Source: an uncultured virus (IMG/VR IMGVR_UViG_3300037507_003964) (lineage: Duplodnaviria; Heunggongvirae; Uroviricota; Caudoviricetes). From it: 55,863 nt of DNA. The notes below the pieces were generated by a model. The model saw nothing but the letters and a program-made list of their open reading frames with translations, was not told the origin of the DNA and ran no database searches. Position 1 is the stretch's first letter; each line of letters begins with the position of its first letter. Of the stretch, positions 34,332 to 44,929 are shown piece by piece. The stretch is taken from the IMG/VR virus record IMGVR_UViG_3300037507_003964; one strand, 5' to 3'. Position numbers and translations under genes: made by a program.

Positions 34332-35266
34332 AGGAACCTCTCTTTGTTCTCTTTGAACCATCTTATCGTCCTTGTCAAACCTTCATCAAAAGATACCTTA
34401 GGTTTCCATCCCATATCAAATAGTTTGGTGTTGTCAAGTTTCCTGCGAGGTGTGCCGTTTGGTTTCTCTGTATTCCAGAAAATTTCTCCTAGGTATCCCA
34501 CCTCCTTCCTTATGATCTCTGACAGATCTTTGATAGTGATCTCTACATCACTTCCCACATTGATATGATCAGGACTATCATAGTTTTGCATCAGGAAGAT
34601 ACATGCATCAGCAAGATCATCAACATAAAGAAACTCTCTTGTTGGAGTGCCATCACCCCATGCCTCAACAACCTTAAGATTTTTTTCTGTTGCATTCCAA
34701 AACTTGTTGATAAGTCCTGGAATGACATGACACTTATCAGGATGAAAGTTATCGTTGGGGCCATAAAGGTTAGCGGGCATCAAACTAATAGTGGGCATAC
34801 CATATTGCTTAGTATAGTATTTTGCCATAGTCATACCTGCGATCTTTGCGATTGCATAGGCATCGTTGGTAGGTTCAAGGGGTGCAGTCATCAAGTATTC
34901 TTCCTTGATAGGTTGCGGAGTCACCTTAGGATAGATACAGGCAGATCCCAGGAACAGCAATTTCTTGACACCGTTCTCACAAGCAGCTTTGATAATATTA
35001 CTTTGAATCATCAGGTTGTCATATATAAAGTCTGCAGGAACTGTTGCATTATAATTGATTCCACCTACCTTTGCAGCAGCGAGAAAGACATACTCAGGCC
35101 TATAGGTCCTGAAAAAATAATTGACAGACTCTTGGTCCCGAAGGTCAAGGTGATCATGGGGCTTAGCAACAATATCCTTGTAGCCATCTGCAACTAGTTT
35201 GCGAACTAAAGCTGATCCAACAAGACCCGTATGACCTGCAACATATATCCTATCGTTCTTATTCAT
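34328..35266 (-). CDS. fcl: GDP-L-fucose/colitose synthase (Fcl/WcaG/ColC family)
   Basis: [50 protein letters not shown]. Confidence 0.92.
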   Translation of the reverse strand: MNKNDRIYVAGHTGLVGSALVRKLVADGYKDIVAKPHDHLDLRDQESVNYFFRTYRPEYVFLAAAKVGGINYNATVPADFIYDNLMIQSNIIKAACENGVKKLLFLGSACIYPKVTPQPIKEEYLMTAPLEPTNDAYAIAKIAGMTMAKYYTKQYGMPTISLMPANLYGPNDNFHPDKCHVIPGLINKFWNATEKNLKVVEAWGDGTPTREFLYVDDLADACIFLMQNYDSPDHINVGSDVEITIKDLSEIIRKEVGYLGEIFWNTEKPNGTPRRKLDNTKLFDMGWKPKVSFDEGLTRTIRWFKENKERFL

Positions 35267-36263
35267 TGGTGCACATCTCCTCTACCAAATCGTCAAAGGT
35301 GTATTCGGGACTCCATCCCAATACAGTCCTTGCTTTTGTTGAATCACCTAACAGAGTCTCAACCTCTGCAGGCCTAAAGTATTTTGGATCAACTCTTACT
35401 ACTGTCCTTCCTGTATGTGTATCAATGCCCACCTCCTCCAACCCTTCTTCATACCATTCAATATTCATATCAAAGTAAGGGGCGCAGCGTTCTACGAACT
35501 CTCGGACAGAATACTGTTCTCCTGTGGCAATGACAAAATCCTCAGGAGTATGATGCTGCAAGATCATCCACATAGCCCTAGAATAATCTTTTGCATGACC
35601 CCAATCACGCAGAGCATTGAGGTTACCCAGAGTCAACATATCTTGCTTTCCGTTTTTGATATTGCGGAGAGCATCAACAATCTTCTTGGTCACAAAATTA
35701 TGCCCTCGGCGCTCACTCTCATGGTTGAACAGGATTCCTGAACAAGCGAACATGTTGTAGGACTCTCGGTAATTCTTAACAATCCAGAACCCGTACAACT
35801 TTGCTACGCCATAAGGTGATCGCGGATAGAATGGTGTGGTTTCTTTTTGAGGAACTTCTTGCACTAATCCATAAAGTTCAGAAGTAGACGCTTGATAGAT
35901 TCTTACATCTTGATCCATACCAAGAAGTCGCACCGCCTCGAGGATCTTAAGTGTGCCCAACCCATCAACCATAGCGGTGTATTCAGGTGTCTCAAAAGAT
36001 ACCTTCACATGACTTTGAGCAGCAAGATTGTAAATTTCGTCAGGTCGCACACCCTTGATGACCCCCATGATTGACAAGGAGTCGGTGACATCACCGTAGT
36101 GTAACTTTAGATTGGAATTGTTGTAAAGGTGGTCAATTCTTTGAGTATTGATTGAGGAACTTCTTCGAATGATGCCATGAACTTTGTAGCCTTTTTCTAG
36201 CAGAATCTCAGTCAAGTAAGAACCATCTTGTCCGGTGATGCCGGTGATGAGAGCAGTTTTCAT
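35259..36263 (-). CDS. gmd: GDP-mannose 4,6-dehydratase
   Basis: [52 protein letters not shown]; true start 36263. Confidence 0.96.
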   Translation of the reverse strand: MKTALITGITGQDGSYLTEILLEKGYKVHGIIRRSSSINTQRIDHLYNNSNLKLHYGDVTDSLSIMGVIKGVRPDEIYNLAAQSHVKVSFETPEYTAMVDGLGTLKILEAVRLLGMDQDVRIYQASTSELYGLVQEVPQKETTPFYPRSPYGVAKLYGFWIVKNYRESYNMFACSGILFNHESERRGHNFVTKKIVDALRNIKNGKQDMLTLGNLNALRDWGHAKDYSRAMWMILQHHTPEDFVIATGEQYSVREFVERCAPYFDMNIEWYEEGLEEVGIDTHTGRTVVRVDPKYFRPAEVETLLGDSTKARTVLGWSPEYTFDDLVEEMCTNE

Positions 36264-36291
36264 AATGTACCCACAAGGAATAACGATACTG

Positions 36292-36299
36292 TATTTATA
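36292..36299 (-). promoter_or_regulatory. T4 late promoter TATAAATA heading the sugar operon
   Basis: Exact consensus 28 nt upstream of the gmd start, just after a terminator. Confidence 0.75.
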
Positions 36300-36303
36300 C
36301 AAT

Positions 36304-36332
36304 AAAAAAAGGCGCCATTGATTGGCGCCTTT
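36304..36332 (-). terminator. intrinsic terminator after the cobS-like gene
   Basis: AAAGGCGCCA-ATCAA-TGGCGCC-TTTTTTT. Confidence 0.85.
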
Positions 36333-36348
36333 AACTAAGTGAAAAGGA

Positions 36349-37542
36349 TTAGGCAGCAGCGGGGACTGCTTCAGCAGGTGCTTCGGTCGTAGCAGCCTCG
36401 CCAGACACCGTGCTGTCAACTTTGGTGTAGAGGTCAAGGAAAGCGGTTTTGGTTTCAGCGTCAAACCGGTTGGTGCAGAGCTGGATTGCTTTCAGGCGAT
36501 CCTTGAACATAGAGAAGGCCCGGACGATATGCACCAGACGGCGAGTCGAAACGATCTCATCGATACCCCCCTCGAGATAAGTTTTGCGGATAATGTCTGC
36601 CCAAGTGATCAGCTTGCTAGCAAAGTCATCATCCATGCAGTTAAGCTGGGTCATGTTATTGACCACAATCTTCTTCTCGACCGCGGCGGAAGGATATTCC
36701 TGCTCATGGGTGATCGGGAAGCGCTCGAGGAAGGCCTCATCAAGAATCTGCGCGGCAATGAACTTGCCATCTTCGGTACCACGGCCTTTGGTGTTAGCGG
36801 TGGCGATGATATTGAACCCATCAGCAGGATAGATAAGTTCGCCTGTTTTCTTGTTGAAGTAGGGCTTACCCTCGAGGATTGCCTGCAGGCACATAAGTTT
36901 ATTCGAACCGCGGTCGATCTCATCCAGGATAACGATAGCACCCCGCTTCATAGCGAGGAGGACAGGACCCTCACGGTAAACCACATTACCGTCCACCAGA
37001 GTATTGGAGCCGATAAGGTCATCCTCATCCGTCTCAATGCTGATATTGACTCGGATGCACTCACGCTTGAGTTTAGCGCAGACCTGCTCGACCATTGTCG
37101 TCTTACCATTACCGGACAGGCCCGTGATAAAGACGGGATAGAACTGCTTGCTGGTGACAATCATCTCGAGGTCACGGTGAAACCCGAAAGCAACATAAGT
37201 AGAGTCCCGATTGGGAATCAGCGAGTCAGTGATATCAGTCACCAGCTTGCGCTGCTTGAGCGGGACTACCTGAGCGAGCATAGCGGGTTGCTCAGCGGGT
37301 GCAGGTGCAGGAGAAGTGACGGGAGGCAGGGTCACCTCAGTCGAAGTAACCGCGGCGACTCGATACAGGCCCCGACCCGCCTTGTAGGCGGCGCCGTCAA
37401 GAAGAAACCAAGGGGTCGCAAGTCCGTTGCTCTGGACATACTCCATGACCTGAGCGCGAGTCACGGTGGGACCGTAGGCCTCGCCAAGGTTGCGAAGAAG
37501 TTCGAATTTCTGATCAGTGGTAAAAGCAGCGTTCTTAGCCAT
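36349..37542 (-). CDS. CobS-like/MoxR AAA+ ATPase
   Basis: [38 protein letters not shown]. Confidence 0.92.
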   Translation of the reverse strand: MAKNAAFTTDQKFELLRNLGEAYGPTVTRAQVMEYVQSNGLATPWFLLDGAAYKAGRGLYRVAAVTSTEVTLPPVTSPAPAPAEQPAMLAQVVPLKQRKLVTDITDSLIPNRDSTYVAFGFHRDLEMIVTSKQFYPVFITGLSGNGKTTMVEQVCAKLKRECIRVNISIETDEDDLIGSNTLVDGNVVYREGPVLLAMKRGAIVILDEIDRGSNKLMCLQAILEGKPYFNKKTGELIYPADGFNIIATANTKGRGTEDGKFIAAQILDEAFLERFPITHEQEYPSAAVEKKIVVNNMTQLNCMDDDFASKLITWADIIRKTYLEGGIDEIVSTRRLVHIVRAFSMFKDRLKAIQLCTNRFDAETKTAFLDLYTKVDSTVSGEAATTEAPAEAVPAAA

Positions 37543-37569
37543 GTCTTGCTCCGTTCAATTGACACTTAC

Positions 37570-37653
37570 ATTATGATGGAATCTGGGGGTCTTGTCAAGA
37601 ACTATTTTGACTGTTGTTTCCACACAACAGAACTTTGTTGCACAGAAACAACA
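37570..37653 (-). promoter_or_regulatory. sigma70 promoter TTGACA-N17-CATAAT with tandem TGTTG-N8-CAACA boxes
   Basis: Boxes at 37612-37629 and 37636-37653. Confidence 0.75.
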
Positions 37654-37660
37654 CTTAGTT

Positions 37661-39817
37661 TTAGTGGTTTTTGCTGACAATCTCGGCAAAGCGACTCAGA
37701 AAGATGCGGTTCATACCCGCCGAGCGCACGCTCTCAAGGAAGGCCTTCTTGATATCATACTTAGAAGCCTTCGAGTCAACATTGATACCATGGTCAGTAA
37801 TGCGAAGATTTTTGCTGGAAACAATGAAGTAGATATCGTACCCAGCACCTGTCAGCGGGAAGAACTTTTGCTTACGGGCAGCAGCAATTTCTTTATCTGA
37901 AGGAAGAACTTTTTTGATAGAATACTCACGAGCCATGCTCTTGACTGCAGAGGGTAAACTATCGTCTGTGATAAAGAACCCGATCATATTTGCTTTGGTG
38001 ATTTTCTTTGACAGATCAATCAGAACCCGAGTGACACACTCCCCATGAGTGTAAGTAACTGACTCACGGGTCTTCGGATCAGTCAAGCAAATTTTGTAGT
38101 TGCCGTAGGTGCCATTGCCTGCCAAAGACCACAGATAACCACACTTCGAAGAATTAACGAACATGTTATCTGTGCCAGTAGCAGAGCCATCGGTGAGGAA
38201 CATCGTAGTCAGAACTTCGAGTTTATAAGCTGCACGGAATTCTTGTGCAATCGAATTAGAAGCGATGATTGCCTCATTGAGCGGAGTACCCGAAAGCGCC
38301 TCACTATCAGGAACATGTCCACGGATGTACAGGTTCCGAAGAACCTCGAGGTCTTGCAAAGCGTTGGTAAACTCAAGTCGGGACATTGAAGAGGACAAGT
38401 ATTCCTTCAAGTGAAACAAGTGATGCTCAACGGAGAGAACGTCTGTTTCAGTACGATTGATCAAGTTATTAGATTTTACTCCGCGGATGCTCCAAAGCTT
38501 GGGGCTATCGCTAAACCCATAGACGCGGAAAGGAATGTTAACTTTGCGGCAGAAAACACTCAGGACCATAACCTGCTCAAGGGTGCCTTCCATGTTGCTC
38601 CGCATAGAGCCCGACAGGTCAAGGAACATAAGCATGCCGTGGTTCTTACCCTGCGGTACTTGGGTAACTCGCTTGAACATATCATCGGTGAAGCGATACT
38701 TGCTGATCTTGGTCATATCAAGTTCGCCTGTCTTAGAAATAGACGCCCGGGCAAACTGCTTAGCGTTCTTGCGAAGTTCGAACTCTTGCACCAGACCATT
38801 GATATAGCGCAGGTTCTTAGAATAGAACTCCTTGAGGGGGAAGTTCGCTTTCTCGCCCTCGAAGAAAGCATTGAGGTGCATGTTGGCGTAAACTTCCTTA
38901 TGCCCGACGATACGGTCAGTCAGATCATAAGTAGGAAGATCGATATATACCGTGGGAATGCACTTCTCATCCACCAGCGACTGCTCACGCTCCCGGAACG
39001 ACTGGTCGGTATGAGAAACGGGATCAGTCAGTTCCTCATCATAAGCGCCTGTGTCTGCTGATCCGCCATAGTCAAACTCTTGGTCATCATCTGAGTCAGA
39101 GTCTAGATCTGAGGCCTCGAGTTCGCCATCTTCGGAATTATCATCCTCTTCTGAATAGTCGGAATTTTCATAGTCGGTATCCTCATAGTCATTTGTCTGA
39201 GGTTGTTCGGCACCCTCAGAGCTGCCAGAACGGTCATTGCCGCGCTCTTCAGAATTTTCTTGTTTTTTGGCGCGATCATAGAGGATAGTGGCAACATCCA
39301 CCACATCTTCCCAGGTCTCGCACTCGCCAACCATATCGACAAAAGGCCGCTCTTCAGATGAGAAGGTCACCCCCGCCATGACACCGAGTTTATAATGCAG
39401 GTTGATCCGGTCGATCAAAGCAAGCAAGTTGATATCAGGAACTTTATTGAGACCGAAGAAGTCACGCGCATCCAGTTCCTTGTAGCCACGATAGAAGGAA
39501 GGGCGAATGCCGGGAAACTTGTCCTTGATCATCCGCTCGATCCGGGCATCCTCGACCACATTAAGGAAGCTCTTGAACCCGGGACGGTTACCCGCAAGGG
39601 CATTGTGCCAACCTTCGGGGGGAGTATAAAGAGCATGACCAACCTCATGGCCCATGAGCAAGTCATAGAGGTCAGCAGACATATCTTTGAACACCGGGCA
39701 AGCAAGAATACGCTGCTTGGTGTCAAAATAAGCGGTGGGGATGTTCTTGTGCTGAACAGTAATGTTCTCTTCGGCAAGCAGCCGAGCGAGGATTGACTTG
39801 GTTTCTACTACAGACAT
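37661..39817 (-). CDS. CobT-like protein: HExxH metallopeptidase-like domain, acidic linker, VWA domain
   Basis: GHEVGHALYT, NVVEDARIE, DLSGSM (MIDAS), GTPL, LTDG. Confidence 0.88.
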   Translation of the reverse strand: MSVVETKSILARLLAEENITVQHKNIPTAYFDTKQRILACPVFKDMSADLYDLLMGHEVGHALYTPPEGWHNALAGNRPGFKSFLNVVEDARIERMIKDKFPGIRPSFYRGYKELDARDFFGLNKVPDINLLALIDRINLHYKLGVMAGVTFSSEERPFVDMVGECETWEDVVDVATILYDRAKKQENSEERGNDRSGSSEGAEQPQTNDYEDTDYENSDYSEEDDNSEDGELEASDLDSDSDDDQEFDYGGSADTGAYDEELTDPVSHTDQSFREREQSLVDEKCIPTVYIDLPTYDLTDRIVGHKEVYANMHLNAFFEGEKANFPLKEFYSKNLRYINGLVQEFELRKNAKQFARASISKTGELDMTKISKYRFTDDMFKRVTQVPQGKNHGMLMFLDLSGSMRSNMEGTLEQVMVLSVFCRKVNIPFRVYGFSDSPKLWSIRGVKSNNLINRTETDVLSVEHHLFHLKEYLSSSMSRLEFTNALQDLEVLRNLYIRGHVPDSEALSGTPLNEAIIASNSIAQEFRAAYKLEVLTTMFLTDGSATGTDNMFVNSSKCGYLWSLAGNGTYGNYKICLTDPKTRESVTYTHGECVTRVLIDLSKKITKANMIGFFITDDSLPSAVKSMAREYSIKKVLPSDKEIAAARKQKFFPLTGAGYDIYFIVSSKNLRITDHGINVDSKASKYDIKKAFLESVRSAGMNRIFLSRFAEIVSKNH

Positions 39818-39841
39818 GTGATCTCCTACTGAACATCTACG

Positions 39842-39915
39842 ATTATACAGGAACCACAGCCCTTTGCAACCGGCGTGTCAAAAATACAACATTTCGGTGT
39901 TGCGTAAAAACAACA
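39842..39915 (-). promoter_or_regulatory. early promoter (GGTTGCAA...CCTGTATAAT) with TGTTG-N8-CAACA box(es)
   Basis: -10 at 39842-47; full box 39898-39915; degenerate box ending at 39891. Confidence 0.7.
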
Positions 39916-39916
39916 C

Positions 39917-40411
39917 CTATTTTCGCGCCTTTCGAACCGCCAGATCCCACTTCAACTTTGACACTCGATCTTTCATGGTAAGGCCTTCCATGTGATCATA
40001 TTCATGCAGAAAGACCCTAGCTGTCAACCCCCGAAAAGTATTTCTTACAACTTCTCCTGTCTCGATCTGATATTCGGCAACTATCTCAGAAGGTCTTTTT
40101 AGTTTAAGTTTGACTCCAGGATAGGATAGACAACCTTCCTCATAAAGTTCCTCACCATGAGCTTCTAGGATGTTGGGATTGAACACAAAAATCTTCAAGT
40201 CATCTATACCAATGACAAAGACTCTTCGATTAATTCCCAGCTGGTTTGCAGACAACCCCACGCCCTTCTCCTTGATCATCTGTTCAAAGAGTGCTAAAGC
40301 AAAAATTTTAGCAGTTGAACCTTCCTTTTCAAAGTCATATTCTTCAGGTTTGCTATGTAAGGTAGGATCTGATGAAGACACTAGTTTTAATTTATCTTTG
40401 CGAACTATCAT
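39917..40411 (-). CDS. def: peptide deformylase
   Basis: GVGLSANQ, EGCLS, HEYDH motifs. Confidence 0.95.
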   Translation of the reverse strand: MIVRKDKLKLVSSSDPTLHSKPEEYDFEKEGSTAKIFALALFEQMIKEKGVGLSANQLGINRRVFVIGIDDLKIFVFNPNILEAHGEELYEEGCLSYPGVKLKLKRPSEIVAEYQIETGEVVRNTFRGLTARVFLHEYDHMEGLTMKDRVSKLKWDLAVRKARK

Positions 40412-42123
40412 TACGCTACCCTGCTAAAGTTTTGATGTTTCTCAACTCGAATAACATTCTTGAACTTGTCTTGTAACTGATCTCCTTTATGACTTATGAC
40501 AAAGACATGAGTTGTCTCATCAAGAGTGTCTAAGAGATTCATCACATAGTCAGTCCCGTTTGCATCTAAACTGCTATCGAACACCTCATCAAGCAAGAGC
40601 AAGTTTGTGCTGACGCTGTTCTTGATCTTTGCAATAGTTCTCCAAGTGAACAGCAACGCTAAATCGATACGCTGCTTCTCACCTTCCGAGAATGATGCAT
40701 AGCTAAAGTCATCACGGTGTCTTGACTTGATCGACTCATTGAATGCTTCGTCTAACTCAAACGACACAAAGAAATCCATTGCAGTTAGGTATTTATTGAC
40801 TAGCTTATTGATCACCGGAATGTATTGCTTGATGATCTTCGTCTTGATGCCCGTGTCTTTTAGGAGTGAGGATGCTGCATTCAGGTAGTACATATCTTCA
40901 GTCAGCGCAGCTTTGTCCTTTGCACCCTCGAGGAATTTCTTGGCAAGTTCCTTAAGCTGGCCCTTTGCCTCGTCAATATCCTTTGTATCAGAGGCAACCT
41001 TGGTGCCCTCTTCCTGAAGGCGCTTCACATAGTTCTGCTTGCTGATGATATCAGTGTTTAGTTCAAGAATGTCCGTCTGCAAGAGTGAAATGCGTTCTTT
41101 AGTGGCGACGATGGTGTCAATTTTCTTCTCAATCGCTTCAATTCTTCCTGTCAAACTGGCGATTGCTTCGTTAACTTCTTCTACCTTGTGTGAGTGTTTC
41201 TGAATTGCCGCTTCCTTAAGATCACCTGAGATCGCCTGTGAACAAGTAGGACAACTATCGTGGTTCTCATAGAACACAATCTCGTTGTGTGCTTTCTTGA
41301 TACGCTCACTCAGATTCTTCAGCAAGGTATTGAGTTCAGATCGCTTTTCAATCAACGACCTCTCTTGGCTAATCGTTGTTTTGTATTCGTTACACACATT
41401 CTGGAATGTCTCGACCGATACCTGTAGGTTAGCAATACCTACCGTTGCTTGTTCGATCTCGTTCTTAACATCTATCTCTCTACGCTTCTGATCCTGCTCT
41501 AACTTGTCAATGTAGTCCTTCTGCAGTTTGACTGCCTGTTTGTCAACAGTTAACTGTGCCTCGAGCGTATCGATCTCTCCTTTCAATGTGGCGATGCGAT
41601 TCTTCAGAACGCTGTTCATCGTAGTGAAGATTTGAATGTCAAGGATATCTTCAATGACTTCACGACGATGACCCTGAGGCAACTGCATGAAAGGTGTAAA
41701 GGATGCTGAACCTAGAATGACGATCTGAGTAAAAGACTTATAGTTCAACTTGAGAATCTTGTCCTCAAGATAGTTTTGATAGTCCTTCGAGGCAGAGTCT
41801 TGATTAAGAAGTTCACCATCCTGATGAATCTCAAAGACAGTTGGCTTGATACCACGAACGATCTTGTACTGGCGTTTGCCTATATCAAAGAAAACCTCAA
41901 CCAGACAATTTTTCTGATTGATACTATTGACTAGTTGAGGTTTGTTGATATTTCGAAACGCCTTCCCGAAGAGCCCGAAGCACAGTGCGTCCAGAATGGT
42001 GCTCTTACCTGCCCCGTTCTCACCTATGATGAGAGTAGAACGATGTGCGGTAAAGTCAATCTCAGTAAACTGGTTTCCTGTCGATAAGAAGTTGCGCCAT
42101 TGTATTCTGCGGAATGTTATCAT
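40411..42123 (-). CDS. gp46: gp46 recombination endonuclease ATPase subunit (SbcC/Rad50-like)
   Basis: GENGAGKST, CPTC hook, FSEGE, LLDEVFDSSLD. Confidence 0.96.
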   Translation of the reverse strand: MITFRRIQWRNFLSTGNQFTEIDFTAHRSTLIIGENGAGKSTILDALCFGLFGKAFRNINKPQLVNSINQKNCLVEVFFDIGKRQYKIVRGIKPTVFEIHQDGELLNQDSASKDYQNYLEDKILKLNYKSFTQIVILGSASFTPFMQLPQGHRREVIEDILDIQIFTTMNSVLKNRIATLKGEIDTLEAQLTVDKQAVKLQKDYIDKLEQDQKRREIDVKNEIEQATVGIANLQVSVETFQNVCNEYKTTISQERSLIEKRSELNTLLKNLSERIKKAHNEIVFYENHDSCPTCSQAISGDLKEAAIQKHSHKVEEVNEAIASLTGRIEAIEKKIDTIVATKERISLLQTDILELNTDIISKQNYVKRLQEEGTKVASDTKDIDEAKGQLKELAKKFLEGAKDKAALTEDMYYLNAASSLLKDTGIKTKIIKQYIPVINKLVNKYLTAMDFFVSFELDEAFNESIKSRHRDDFSYASFSEGEKQRIDLALLFTWRTIAKIKNSVSTNLLLLDEVFDSSLDANGTDYVMNLLDTLDETTHVFVISHKGDQLQDKFKNVIRVEKHQNFSRVA

Positions 42124-43157
42124 GTTTCTTCGTAGTCGTGTGCTTCAACAAATAGTTCCCTAAGGACTCTCTTCAGTCGTTCTTTGTCTGCATTTGTCTC
42201 AATTACATCTATATAGTCAGATAGGAGAGTCATTGTATCATCCACATTGATACTTTCATCATCAACTGGAGTCTCAAATTCACTCATATCCTCAATGATC
42301 TTGAGTTCAGCAGGATTATGATTATATAACAGTTCAACTGTCTTGTCGAACAACTTGAAATCTTTTTTGTTGTTCACCACTAACTTAACATACTTGTCTC
42401 GAATTTTGGTTGCATCGATTTTGACCTCTTCAGTATCATCATAGAAAAACTTGATGAACATCGGATCATTGTTCTGAATAAACTGCATAGAATGATCAAC
42501 TAAGTCAAAGACGAAGAATCCTTTTGGATCTTTATAGTCATTCCAAAACAACTCATATGGTGTTCCTAAGTACATGATGTTGTCTTTGTTTGACTTAGTG
42601 TGAAAGTGCCCACTGATGACTTGCTTATACTTTGAGAGAAGGTTGGGATCCATACCATCATGGTTCTCCATTCCTCTCATCATCTCGAACCCTTTCAATT
42701 CAAAGTGCCCAAAACAATACCCAGCTATGCTGCCCTTAATGAACTGCATCACTTCCTTCTCATTCTCCTTACAAATCCAAGGAACCATATCGATCCCAAG
42801 AACATTAGAAGGTGTAGTGATGATCTGAATGTTATTGTATTCCTTCAAAAGAAGTTCAGGTGAGTTAATCACAAGGCTCTCACGCCAAAAGATATCGTGG
42901 TTTCCTAAGAATGTGATTAAACTCACCCCTCGCTCTTGCAAAGGATCAAAGAAGTATTTGCGTGATTCGGTTAGTGATAGAAAGTTGATATACTTGCGAC
43001 GATCAAACAAGTCACCGAACTGCACTACTGTCTTGATCCCATGCTCATCAATGTACGGAAAGAACTGTTCCTTGTAGAACTTTTCCATATAGGCGTGAAA
43101 AATTTTGCTGTCATTTCTCACGCCGAAGTGAGTGTCACCTAGTAAGACAATTTTCAT
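42120..43157 (-). CDS. gp47: gp47 recombination nuclease (SbcD/Mre11-like)
   Basis: GDTHFG, GDLFD, GNHD, GHFE, SGHFH. Confidence 0.96.
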   Translation of the reverse strand: MKIVLLGDTHFGVRNDSKIFHAYMEKFYKEQFFPYIDEHGIKTVVQFGDLFDRRKYINFLSLTESRKYFFDPLQERGVSLITFLGNHDIFWRESLVINSPELLLKEYNNIQIITTPSNVLGIDMVPWICKENEKEVMQFIKGSIAGYCFGHFELKGFEMMRGMENHDGMDPNLLSKYKQVISGHFHTKSNKDNIMYLGTPYELFWNDYKDPKGFFVFDLVDHSMQFIQNNDPMFIKFFYDDTEEVKIDATKIRDKYVKLVVNNKKDFKLFDKTVELLYNHNPAELKIIEDMSEFETPVDDESINVDDTMTLLSDYIDVIETNADKERLKRVLRELFVEAHDYEET

Positions 43158-43819
43158 TTTGCATACTTAGCGTCATCATTAGACGGCGCAAAAGAGACAA
43201 GAGGTGTCAGTGCAAGAATGAATAGTAGTTTGAACAAAGTGGAGCCTGATACGATCCTGGCGATAGCAGCATTGATATCAAGTGCATTCCCCCCAAGAAT
43301 CATAGGCATAGCAACGAAGGCAAGCATCACAAAGAAGAAAGCATCAACAGGCAAGCTGACTAAATTAGAGAACCAGGTCCGTGCCCACGATCCCCAATCA
43401 CGCTCCCACAAAAACTGATAGACATAGGTGTTAACCCATTGAGAGATAATAGTTGCGATTTCTGATCCAATGACGATACCTAGTGACATTTTGAATACCG
43501 CATCAAAATTTACGCTAGGCCTAAAAGAAGGTGACGGAAGAAAGGTCATTAGGTACATGAAACCTGCAACTAGCAAGTTAAGAATCACACCTATAAGAAT
43601 GACTCGAGTCACAAAAGCTGCACCTGCCAGTTTGTGCAGCATGTCTCGAAGCACAAACACTACACCGAACAACATAGCCCCTGCAGGAGTGACTACCCAA
43701 CCAAAGTCAAGAAATTTTACTGCAGCAAAATCTGCCACAGTCATGCAAAGAATAAGTGCAGCAGATAGTGATGCAATCCACATCGTGGTATTATCTTTTT
43801 TACTAGAAATGTATAGCAT
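43154..43819 (-). CDS. yhhQ: YhhQ/VUT-family 7-deazaguanine precursor transporter
   Basis: Multi-TM; AAVK...PAG...FVLRD, SQWVN, RTWFSNLVSLPVD. Confidence 0.8.
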   Translation of the reverse strand: MLYISSKKDNTTMWIASLSAALILCMTVADFAAVKFLDFGWVVTPAGAMLFGVVFVLRDMLHKLAGAAFVTRVILIGVILNLLVAGFMYLMTFLPSPSFRPSVNFDAVFKMSLGIVIGSEIATIISQWVNTYVYQFLWERDWGSWARTWFSNLVSLPVDAFFFVMLAFVAMPMILGGNALDINAAIARIVSGSTLFKLLFILALTPLVSFAPSNDDAKYAK

Positions 43820-43829
43820 TTAGGTCCCC

Positions 43830-44300
43830 TTAATTGTTTATCCACATGGCGGAGTTTGAAGGTGTCTCCATCACCTTTACCATACGCAATCGCACACGAC
43901 CATCAGCGTACCCATTTTCAGGCATCCAAATCTCTTGAATGTAATCAGCAAGCCATTTAGACAAACCTTCACATCCTGTGCGCTCAACTACAATCATCTT
44001 ACAAAGTTTCTTCTCATGCAACATCTTGAAAGTTTCAAACTCAGGATCATCCTCTGCTACAAGCAATGTATGATCAAACCAGTCATCGAGTTTCTCTTTC
44101 AATGATTTATACCCACCAAAATCAACACACCAGTTGCGTCGATCTAGCTTGTCCTCATCGCACTCAAACTCAAAATGGAATGCAAGTGCATACCCGTGGA
44201 TTAGATTGCAATGAGTGTCTGCACGCCATTGACGATATGCTACAGCATATCCTCGCTCATGTCCATATGTTTTTGTAGAAATAAATTTGCCCATAGTCAC
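43830..44300 (-). CDS. queD: 6-carboxy-tetrahydropterin synthase QueD-like
   Basis: HCNLIHGY, VDFG, FDHTLL, ETPSNSA. Confidence 0.88.
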   Translation of the reverse strand: MTMGKFISTKTYGHERGYAVAYRQWRADTHCNLIHGYALAFHFEFECDEDKLDRRNWCVDFGGYKSLKEKLDDWFDHTLLVAEDDPEFETFKMLHEKKLCKMIVVERTGCEGLSKWLADYIQEIWMPENGYADGRVRLRMVKVMETPSNSAMWINN

Positions 44301-44929
44301 TCCGCAAAGAAGTAGGGGTTCATAACTGTATTGTATTCATAGATAGAAAACAGTTCATCAAAGTTGAAGTCGATATGTAACATCCTATTAGGGGGAACTT
44401 CTGTTGACCCTTCAAACTTCGTAGAAGAGAAGTTCAACTTTGAGTCAAAGAATAGTGGCGAGATTTCGTTTCTGAATGCAAACAACTTTTCATGGGCATA
44501 CATCAGACAAGCAAAGGATCCATCAAACAGTTTTACTGCGTGAATATCATCATAGAGTGCCTTTAGCATCAGAAAGGTATCCCAAGAGCAAACTTCATCA
44601 AGGTCCTTCTTCAGCTTTGCAACATATTCTTGCTTTAGAATACCATTGTGCCAAAGATAGCGATCTTGATACTTTGCAGGATGAACAGTCGTTACTTTGA
44701 ACTCATCTGAAGTCGGGGCTTGCATATGCACAATCACATAAGTCAGGTGATCCTTTTGTAATCCCAGGATCTCATCATAATCAACAGGTCCTACACGCCT
44801 CTGCACTTTAATCTCACCTGAAGTAATATCATACAAGCTAAGCGAGTGACTGACTTGACCTCGATACTCATTTAGTTTGCAAAGATCAACAACTTTCTGA
44901 ACATCAAAAGATCCTATGATTGAGCACAT
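44297..44929 (-). CDS. stand-alone class II glutamine amidotransferase
   Basis: N-terminal MC nucleophile, YRG, HP, WHNGIL, DT, GSFA, PL. Confidence 0.8.
   Translation of the reverse strand: MCSIIGSFDVQKVVDLCKLNEYRGQVSHSLSLYDITSGEIKVQRRVGPVDYDEILGLQKDHLTYVIVHMQAPTSDEFKVTTVHPAKYQDRYLWHNGILKQEYVAKLKKDLDEVCSWDTFLMLKALYDDIHAVKLFDGSFACLMYAHEKLFAFRNEISPLFFDSKLNFSSTKFEGSTEVPPNRMLHIDFNFDELFSIYEYNTVMNPYFFAE

Noticed and set aside
34565..35197. 210-aa plus-strand ORF
   Set aside because: Lies wholly antisense to fcl.
36264..36464. 67-aa N-terminal extension of gmd in the ORF track
   Set aside because: It crosses the terminator, late promoter and end of the cobS-like gene; homology starts at MKTALITG (36263).
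36529..39796. Long plus-strand ORFs (382, 216 and 133 aa) opposite the CobS/CobT-like genes
   Set aside because: Antisense frames kept open by codon bias; the minus-strand proteins carry clear motifs.
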